A stretch of DNA of 64,000 nucleotides, taken from assembly GCA_964016885.1 (NCBI GenBank), contig OZ024750.1, positions 3,906,001 to 3,970,000 on the forward strand, read 5' to 3'. A program made the position numbers and the translations under genes. This document shows positions 54,066-64,000 of the stretch, in pieces; positions within the stretch are counted from its first letter, which is position 1, and every line of letters starts with the position of its first letter. The stretch is from Eledone cirrhosa. Taxonomy: Eukaryota. The notes under the pieces are model-generated. The model saw only the letters and a list, made by a program, of their open reading frames with translations, searched no databases and had not been told where the DNA came from.

Positions 54066-54606
54066 ATTACACTATTTAGATATATTCCCAATATCTTATT
54101 TGATATATTATAATATATCACTAAACCATTTGATATTTGGGGAGACCGTTTGAACTTTTGAATGTTTAACATATTACAATTTATTTTTGATAAAAAAAAT
54201 GTTTTTTTAAATGTTTATATAGATTTTGAATATAATAATTACCTTTGTTGAACCTGCAGACGAAATTGATTTACCCGGATCGGATTACTTTATAGATGCG
54301 AAATTTTATTCGAAAGGTCTGCCTTAATAAAAAGAAATCAATTTCTTTTCTTGTTTCGATTATGGTGCCTGTCTTTTGTGACGTTTGTATGTTATGACGT
54401 TTTATACCACGTGCTGATTTTAGTACGAGTATATTGGTTTCTTACAAAATAGGTAACAGGCCAGAAATTTAGAGGAAGCGAGCAATCGATTATATAGACA
54501 CCCCGATACTTGACCGATATTTTATCGACATTGAAAGTGTAAATAGCAAAGCCGACTGCTATTTCGAGTAGGTGAAGTTACCGCTTAGGGTTAACCTCGT
54601 TGGCTT

Positions 54607-55575
54607 CCAAATAATAGGACGGATATACTCTCGGATCTGAAATAATAAGAGGGATATACTCTCGGATCCGAAATAATAAGAGGGATATACTCTCGGATCC
54701 GAAATAATAAGAGGGATATACTCTCGGATCCGAAATAATAAGAGGGGTATACTCTCGGATCCGAAATAATAGGAGGCATATACTCTCGAATCCGAAATAA
54801 TAGGAGGCATATACTCTCGGATCCGAAATAATAGGAGGCATATACTCTCGGATCCCAAATAATAGGAGGGATATACTCTCGGATCCGAAATAATAGGAGG
54901 GATATACTCTCGGATCCGAAATAATAGGAGGCATATACTCTCGAATCCGAAATAATAGGAGGCATATACTCTCGGATCCGAAATAATAGGAGGCATATAC
55001 TCTCGGATCCCAAATAATAGGAGGGATATACTCTCGGATCCCAAATAATAGGAGGGATATACTCTCGGATCCCAAATAATAGGAGGGATATACTCTCGGA
55101 TCCCAAATAATAAGAGGGATATACTCTCGGATCCGAAATAATAGGAGGGATATACTCTCGGATCCCAAATAATAAGAGGGATATACTCTCGGATCCGAAA
55201 TAATAGGAGGGATATACTCTCGGATCCGAAATAATAGGAGGGATATACTCTCGAATCCCAAATAATAGGAGGGATATACTCTCGGATCCCAAATAATAAG
55301 AGGGATATACTCTCGAATCCGAAATAATAAGAGGGGTATACTCTCGGATCCGAAATAATAGGAGGGATATACTCTCGGATCCCAAATAATAAGAGGGATA
55401 TACTCTCGGATCCCAAATAATAAGAGGGATATACTCTCGGATCCGAAATAATAAGAGGGATATACTCTCGGATCCCAAATAATAGGAGGGATATACTCTC
55501 GGATCCCAAATAATAGGAGGGATATACTCTCGGATCCCAAATAATAAGAGGGATATACTCTCGGCTCCTAAATAA
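54607..55575. repeat. 31-bp minisatellite, about 31 copies
   Basis: Unit cc(g/c)aaataata(g/a)gagg(g/c)atatactctcg(g/a)at. Confidence 0.97.
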
Positions 55576-55795
55576 TGATTTCTACTATACGCATAAGGCC
55601 AGTCATTTGGGGGAAAGGGAGAGTCGATTAAATCTACCCCAGTACGTTACTGGTACTTTATTTTATCGACCCCGTAAGGATGAAAGGCAAAGTTAACCTC
55701 GGCAGGATTTGAACTCAGACCATAAAGGGACATAACTCTATGCTGCAAAGCATGGTGTCCGACTCTCAACCGATACTGCCAATCCACCACCCTTG
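55572..55795 (-). mobile_element. tRNA-derived SINE copy inserted at the array end
   Basis: Full head to tail; one more partial array unit follows at 55796-55820. Confidence 0.85.
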
Positions 55796-56224
55796 TCGGA
55801 TCCCAAATAATAGGAAGGGTTGGAATAAACCGGGGGGATCATCGGTAATTTTCTTAGACATTAGTCGTTAGATTTAGATATTGAAACTCTAACTGATTCT
55901 GTCTATTTTATAACGTATGGGGTTTCTTATCTACTTTGTTTGGTCATGTATAATGTTTTTTAATGTATAAAGAAAATTCATTGTCGCAGGAATGCAACCA
56001 CTTAAAATACAATTTCGCCGGAGATGGATTAGCAAAATTTAATAAGCGAGGGAGTTGAACTAAGAACGGTGGTCAGGAGTTTGTGAAAAATGAATAAGCT
56101 AAGCGGGATTAGGGGACGATTATTCGACATCCGAGACTATGTTCTTTTCTCTCTCTCGCTCGAGTGCCTCATTTATCTTGGGCATAAATATAAAGTTATG
56201 TATGTATGTATGTATGCATGCATA

Positions 56225-56618
56225 TAATTTTGAGAACAGAGGCATAGAGCACGAGAAGATCAAACGGGATGAGCGTAAGCAATGCCCTGGTGTATCTCTA
56301 GAAACGATCGGTGTCTCCATTGAATTGGTGTGCCCTGAGTGTGGAAAGATTTGTTTGAGCAAATCTGATCTCAGGAGCCACAGTCGCAGCCATATTCAAA
56401 GAGAACCAGTGAACTATGATCTCCACGCCATTGTGAAGGTCCACAGGCAACCTGATGCAAGACCTGAGGCCAGGGAGATCCATAGTTATTGTCAGTGTGT
56501 GATGGAGTGCAAGTCTCTGGCAAGCTTGAAAAGTCATATCCAAGCATCACACATCTGAATTTGACAATCGATTGCAATACTCTTTGCGTGAGATTGCAGC
56601 CATCATAAATGTGTTAAG
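56225..56618 (+). mobile_element. RTE-group LINE 3' end with C2H2-like fingers
   Basis: FENRGIEHEKIKRDERK...CPECGKICLSKSDLRSH...KSLASLKSHI; (ATGT)n tail. Confidence 0.7.
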
Positions 56619-57021
56619 TATGTATGTATGCATTATGTATGTATGTATGTATGTATGTATGTATGTATGTATGTATGTATGTATGTATGTATGTATGTAT
56701 GTATGTATGTATGTATGTATGTATGTATGTATGTATGTATGTATGTATGTACGTCCATTGTGCTTTTCTTCCTTTCAGATTCGAAGTAGGATTTCGGGGA
56801 TACAACTCTATCAAGATTATCCTTTTGCTTACAAGGGAATTAACTCTTCAATTTTCATGGAGTTATTTCTCCTAAACGCTAATTGCGTGTTACAGTGATT
56901 CACTCACAGCCAGCAACAGTTTACTGCATGTATTCCGGCGGGTCCTGTCAGAAGCAACTGTCTCCAACTGATCTAGGAAGGTTTCAAGGTCCAAATTTGT
57001 CCAGAAAACAAGAGACATCAA

Positions 57022-57120
57022 AATAATTGTTTCTACTTTTGGCACAAGGCCAGCAATTATATCAGTGTATTACTGGTACTTTATTTTATCGACCCCCGTA
57101 AGGATGAAAGGCAAAGTTAA
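57022..57120 (-). mobile_element. SINE 3' half
   Basis: Homologous to 19020-19118; flanked by repeated catcaaaataattgttt. Confidence 0.75.
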
Positions 57121-57169
57121 GAGGCATCAAAATAATTGTTTTCAGGCACTAATACGAGTTTATATATAT

Positions 57170-57260
<91 letters not shown>

Positions 57261-57798
57261 CGTGTGTGTATGTGCATGTGTGCGTAGCTATTTTTTTTAT
57301 ATTCAAAAATATTTGTGATTTGTGAATTTTATTAAACTGCCATAAAACTTATTTTATTGCGTACGATTTGTTTTAAGTCAATTTTTTTTTGTTGTTGTTT
57401 ATTTTTGTGAGAAAACTAACGTCCTTGGGTAGACGCCATATTTCAGAACACGCTTCTTCCAGGCAAAAATGTGTCAGAAGGAAAGTGAATAAGAAAAGTG
57501 TGGAACAAGGGAGGTAATAAGATATGGTTGAGGACTCTTTGGTATTTCATTGTTTAAAATACGTTTTAAACTTATTATTGTCATGGCAAACTTTAGATTC
57601 TGTTTTAGTTTGGCTCATGGCTTCCATGATTTCTTCCAGAGAAGGAGAGATAATGAGAGAGAGAGAAAGTGAGAAATAGATATAGAGGAAGAATAGACCC
57701 CAGTATTAGACTGGTACTTTTTTATCGACCTCGAATGGGTGAAAGACAAAGTTGACCTCGGTGGGATTTGAACTCGGAGAGCATGGAGCCGAAAAGAA

Positions 57799-57840
<42 letters not shown>

Positions 57841-57841
<1 letters not shown>

Positions 57842-58383
57842 TCATCATCATCATCATCATCATCATAATCATCATTTTACGTCCGCTTTTCCCTGCTTGC
57901 AAGGGTGGGACGGGTCCTATTCAGTACAGCATCTCTCCACTTGTCACGGTTCTTCGTCGTCTCCTCGGTGAGTTTCAGCCAACTGAGGTCAGCTCTCACC
58001 AATTCCACCCATGTTTTTCGAGGTCTTCCTCCACAGCGTCTTCCTTCTACTGGCATTTCTTGGCACTTCTTTACCCAGCGGTCATCCTCCATGCGCATCA
58101 CATGTCCATACCATCCCAGTCTTCTCTCCTGCACACCACAACTTATCGCTCTTATACACAGGTTCTCTCTCAACTCGTCTATGCTGGGTCGTTCACACAC
58201 ATTAACATTGCACATCCAACGGAGCATGCTTGCCTCATTTCTCTCCAGCCGTCGCATATCCTCTGCAGTTGCTGCCCATGTCTCACTACCATGCAGCATC
58301 GCGCATCTCACACAGGCATCATATAACCGTCATTTCGTACACAGGAAGAAACCCTTCTTTGTCAACAGAGGAAGCAGCTCCCT
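57841..58383 (-). mobile_element. RTE LINE 3' fragment
   Basis: MLHGSETWA...LERNEASMLRWMC...RRLGWYGHVMRM...GRPRKTW; (GAT)n tail. Confidence 0.92.
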
Positions 58384-58385
58384 AA

Positions 58386-58442
<57 letters not shown>

Positions 58443-58626
58443 AAAACGAAAAACGAGCGATTAATGATATTTATTGAAAAGAAAAGACACAGTACGTCTG
58501 AAATCTGTTTTGCAAACAGTCTTAAGTAAATCAAACGTATCTTGTCAGATTGTTTGCACGTCCAATATAAAGAAATACTATAGTTTCATCGAACAATCAA
58601 AATGTATATTCATAAGACACATATAA

Positions 58627-58658
<32 letters not shown>

Positions 58659-58681
58659 ATGTACACACACACACACATGTA

Positions 58682-58723
<42 letters not shown>

Positions 58724-58751
58724 AATTTTAGTACGGCATCATATATGTATG

Positions 58752-58825
<74 letters not shown>

Positions 58826-58877
58826 CATATATACATTAATACACATATATATATATACATATATATAGACACAAATA

Positions 58878-58970
<93 letters not shown>

Positions 58971-58981
58971 GTGTATTAATG

Positions 58982-59025
<44 letters not shown>

Positions 59026-59053
59026 CATACATATATGATGCGGTACTAAAATT

Positions 59054-59089
<36 letters not shown>

Positions 59090-59134
59090 CATATATACAT
59101 TAATACACATATATATATATACATATATATAGAC

Positions 59135-59194
<60 letters not shown>

Positions 59195-59627
59195 ATATAT
59201 ATACACACATATATATACATATATATACAAATAAACATAGATACATATACATATATATATTTTTACATATTATTTTACACACACGCACATACACACACAT
59301 ATATATACACACACACATGATGATGATACATATATATATATCATACAAATCAACAATGTACTGTAGCTTCTTAAACATTTGAAAGTTTATCAAATATGAG
59401 AGTTTATTAAAGGCTAACGTCATCAAATATACATCAATATGCAAAATAGTTTCTGCCATTCACAGTATTCCAGTGTATATATACATTTGTGAAACTATGT
59501 ACATACATATACATATACATACATACATACATACATATATATATATATATATGTGTATATATATATATATAGTGTGTGTGTGTATGTATATATACATATA
59601 TGTGTATGTATATATATGTATATGTGT

Positions 59628-59885
<258 letters not shown>

Positions 59886-59889
59886 GTAA

Positions 59890-59966
<77 letters not shown>

Positions 59967-60055
59967 TATGTGTATATACATGTATGTATGAATGTACGTA
60001 TATATACATATATGTATGTATATATTTATGTATATGTGTGTGTGTGTATGTATGT

Positions 60056-60096
<41 letters not shown>

Positions 60097-60329
60097 AGGA
60101 GTTCTTGTGTTCGATAGAAACTAATGGAGGCGACCGATGCAGGAATCTGAAACGAGACAATGGAGGTAAAAGATGGTTCTTACTTCTACTTGTGAAACAT
60201 TTTTATTGAGATATAGAAAACAATAGAAGACAATAAACGCTTTTCATCTACTCACTTACCACCTGTCTCTCTCTCTCTCTCTCTATATATATATTTTTTT
60301 CTCCCCTCCCTCCTCTCTATCTATCTATG

Positions 60330-60408
<79 letters not shown>

Positions 60409-60437
60409 GTATCTATCTATTTACCTGAATGGAGTAA

Positions 60438-60634
60438 GTAATAGGAGTAAGTAAGACCCCGACGGCTGAGCTCAAGCCGTTTCGACGGCTAATTCAGTAC
60501 AGAATTAGCCGTCGAAACGGCTTGAGCTCAGCCGTCGGGGTCTTACTTACTCCTATTACCCACTCTACTACCCTAAGTATTGAGTACTTTGGTGCGTTAT
60601 GGTCCACCTGGTTCCTTACCACTTTTCCCTCGCT
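60438..60634 (+). mobile_element. Family B fold-back element
   Basis: Perfect about 58-bp arms within 60438-60559, plus tail. Confidence 0.8.
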
Positions 60635-60705
60635 ATATATATATATATTTATTAAAATAACAGATTAAAGTTTAAGCAAAGAATCGCTGCTTTCACCCTT
60701 AACGG

Positions 60706-60755
<50 letters not shown>

Positions 60756-60768
60756 GAATATATATATC

Positions 60769-60799
<31 letters not shown>

Positions 60800-60842
60800 G
60801 AAAAGTATAGACATTATTGTAGCAAGAAGCCAACAGTATTCC

Positions 60843-60888
<46 letters not shown>

Positions 60889-60952
60889 CAGAGTATTGTC
60901 AAAGTTAAACACCTCAACAACATGTGTACTCGTCTCTACCACACTAATTCGG

Positions 60953-61007
60953 ACTGCCTGAAGAGGTCACAGCCAAAGATGGCTGTCACCGGAATATGTA
61001 TAGCAGT
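60953..61007 (+). ncRNA. Type I hammerhead motif (GGAA variant)
   Basis: actgc-CTGAAGA-ggtcacagcca aaga tggctgtcacc-GGA-ATATGTAT-A-gcagt. Confidence 0.7.
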
Positions 61008-61154
61008 AATAAACGAAGCCAAATTTTAAATATTTGACTTATTTATTTTAGTTTATTTTACATTACTCCGGAGTAACCAAACCAACCTGCTCACTTCGTC
61101 GAGTGCTCCAATCTGCATACTGAGGTGTTGGTATACAACCAACATATACTAAAA

Positions 61155-61333
<179 letters not shown>

Positions 61334-61961
61334 TTTCTATATTAAATATTTATACTCTGCTTTGTATTGAGTATCTTACTTACTGTGGTTACCCCCGATT
61401 GAACGCGGGATAAACATATATATATATATATCTGTTGAGACGTATACAACAACCCTTTATGGTTACTTTCCCTCCTAAAACAGGAATTTCTCTGGTGGTC
61501 CCCATGACAAGCTTCCCGCTAACCATCGGATCTTTTGGGCGGGAACGTTGTGTGGCTGGCTGCCCTTCCTGATACCAGCACTTTAGGTCGCCTCATTCTA
61601 GACTCGGGATTACGATGTACCTATCTAAACCTTTTGTACACAGCCCTCTGTTCTAACATAATCTATGTGTTTATTTCATGTTTGAATAATGGAATTATTG
61701 GTTACAGGTTTCCAGCAGGTTGACTTTCTGTTGTCGAGAGAGATCTGCAACTTGAGATGAAGGAAGTGTCAACAACTCGCGGGGGCGAAGGTTGGGTCTT
61801 TTTTTTACAGAATTAAATATACCCTCACATTCATTCTATGGTCTTCGAAGTTAAAACAGCGACATGGAAAATTTTATTTTCCGAGGGATGCTTTCTAGAT
61901 GAAGGGAGATTAAAAAAATATACTTAACGTAACAAACTACCCCCAAAAAATAATACATTAA

Positions 61962-62334
61962 CCCTTTAGCATTTAAACCGGCCTTATCCGGCCAGAACTC
62001 TCTCACCTCTTTCTGTTAAAACCGGCTGTAACTGGCCGCTCATACCTACATTAAGGTATTGTTCTCAAAATAAATAACATCCAAATGTAATAGATTCGAT
62101 ATGTGAGATAATTATGTAAGATAAAGCCTTTACTGCAAAAATATAATAGTATATACAGAGTATTGTAAATGTTATGTGAGATAATTATGTAAGATAAAGC
62201 CTTTACTGGGAAAATATAATTGTTTCTACTTTTGGCACAAGGCCAGCAATTATCCCAGTGTATTACTGGTACTTTATTTTATCGACCCCGTAAGGATGAA
62301 AGGCAAAGTTAAAAGTAATGTAAATGCTAAAGGG
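61962..62334. mobile_element. piggyBac-like MITE with nested SINE fragment
   Basis: TTAA-ccctttagcattta ... taaatgctaaaggg-TTAA; SINE 3' half at 62215-62312. Confidence 0.85.
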
Positions 62335-62559
62335 TTAAATTTACACCCAAAATACTTACATGTTTGCAGTTCGTTAAATATGGTTTATTTTTCAGTATAA
62401 AACAAGAAGACGCTTTAATCAGACACTTCGGCGACAAAAGGGACTGTGTAGGGGGAATGACGAATACCAAAACTAAAACAAGGTGATGACTGTTTGTGTG
62501 CCCATGTCTACAATAGAACAAGTTCGATATTGATAAAGATTTCAATAACTTAAATAACT

Positions 62560-63020
62560 ATCATTTGAAGGCTGAGATATTTGATACTTACATCCTACCA
62601 GTTGTGTTATATGGTCTTGACTGTGTTAATTGGACGTCAAGGTCACTTCAGAAGCTCTCTACATTCCAGAACCACATCATGAGACTTATGACTAGCAAGC
62701 GGTTCAGCGACCGTATCTGTATCAGTGAGCTGCTCAACATTAACTTAGACCAATTACATCAATTGTCAAATCAAGAGTACTCAAACGATACGGTCATATA
62801 AAAAGATCAACTCGTGGTGTGAGTAGGTTATGTCTGGAAGGAAGGTTGGCTGGTAAGAGAAGCAGAGGCCGGAAGCCAAAACGATGGCTTGACAATGTCA
62901 ACTTATGGACTGGACTTGATCTTTGCTCTTTGAACTCTGCTGTTGGTGATCGAACTTTGTGGAGAGAGATATCACATGTTGATGCGCTGTCTGCAACTGG
63001 CGGAGTTTAGCGTCACAAGA
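62560..63020 (+). mobile_element. RTE-group LINE 3' fragment
   Basis: YILPVVLYG...FQNHIMR; frameshift; YGHIKR...LEGRLAGKRSRGRKPKRWLDNV...DRTLWR; (ATGT)n tail. Confidence 0.9.
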
Positions 63021-63055
63021 TGTATGTATGTAATGTATGTATGTATGTATGTATG

Positions 63056-63662
63056 TCAGGTCACCAGTTGGTGCTACTGGTAACATGTATCCCAGTACAA
63101 CCTGTCTCATGGTCGGGTCGTTGGCGACTAAACTGGCAACCCCACCAAGGTTTCTTGGTGAGGAGGGTGACTTTGGACATCCTGCAGGACTAAAAACAAA
63201 ACCTGTCAAAGGGCAAAGGAGCTCTTAAGAGTCAATGGCCATCCAAAATCACCAGGAGAGATGACCCCTTAGCCTTTGTCAAGGCAGAATTCTAGGAGAA
63301 GGAAAACTCTAATATAACACCTGCAACCCTGATGGTATCCAATGATGTTGACTTGTTCTTCTTTTTGGTAAATATCATCTTGGTTAAGAGAGTGGGACTG
63401 GCTTTGTGCAGTGCCTTTGCTCACTATAAAAGCTTCACAGCACAGGCATTGCTTTATATCTGGAGATCTCTCTGCACTTGTCGTCACATGGTACCTTGGG
63501 CCCTGCACTATGTGTCAATAATGGTCACAAGTATAGTCTTTGTACCAGAGTTTTCAAGTCGCTGGCTGGACTAAAAAGTCACATTCGTTCAGCGCATCGG
63601 TAGGGGTTCTCCTACATGGATATAAAGTAGTGGCCGTACTCGAAAACGAGTTGGCAGCCACC
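63056..63662 (+). mobile_element. Probable internally deleted non-autonomous RTE derivative
   Basis: 5' part like 40385-40640; 3' part CTRVFKSLAGLKSHIRSAHR* like 56500; (ATGT)n tail. Confidence 0.55.
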
Positions 63663-63827
63663 ATGTATGTATGTATGTATGTATGTATGTATGTATGTAT
63701 GTATGTATCTATGTATGTATGTATGTATGTATGTATGTATGTATGTATGTATATATACGTATGTGTGTATGTATGTATGCAATGTATTTCTTTTACAGCT
63801 GGATGCCCTTCCTAACACCAACCACTT

Positions 63828-64000
63828 TTACAGTGTGGACTGGGAGCCTTTTCACCGTGTCTCCTACATGGCCACCTTACAGTGTGGACTGGGAGCCTTT
63901 TCACCGTGTCTCCTACATGGCCACCTTATAGTGTGGACTGGGAGCCTTTTCACTGTGTCTCCTACATGGCCACCTTACAGTGTGGACTGGGAGCCTTTTC
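63828..64000. repeat. 49-bp minisatellite within a SINE body, running off the window
   Basis: ttacagtgtggactgggagccttttcaccgtgtctcctacatggccacc x3.5; preceded by the sequence seen at 6273-6315. Confidence 0.92.

Noticed and set aside
54607-55575. CRISPR-like array or 300-aa ORFs
   Set aside because: Units are contiguous with no unique spacers, no cas genes, eukaryotic context; the ORFs are periodic artefacts
56139-56558. Host C2H2 zinc-finger gene
   Set aside because: No TGEKP linkers; preceded by RTE-type C-terminal sequence and followed by an (ATGT)n tail

Overview
AT-rich, microsatellite-saturated eukaryotic scaffold. The repeat families look like those of coleoid cephalopods (probably Octopus); this is an inference. 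One 200-N gap lies at 10084-10283. The only supported host gene is a complete 4-coding-exon ODF3/SHIPPO1-repeat (CIMAP1-like) gene on the minus strand (CDS 51214->46967, about 256 aa, GT-AG junctions, phases consistent). Everything else is transposon debris and simple repeats: RTE, CR1/L2-like, Tx1, CRE and R4/NeSL-like LINE ends, tRNA-derived SINEs, mariner- and piggyBac-like MITEs, a probable LTR, and four minisatellites (57, 66, 31 and 49 bp units). The main hidden structure is a dense set of about 20 type-I hammerhead ribozyme motifs from roughly a dozen sequence families. They sit in short Penelope-like (PLE) remnants lodged in (TA)n tracts, and many are fold-back palindromes. In two families the fold-back is centred on hammerhead loop II and replaces the CUGANGA core. 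Two intact-looking hammerheads lie in ODF3 introns in the sense orientation. All folds and translations were done by eye; no searches were run.
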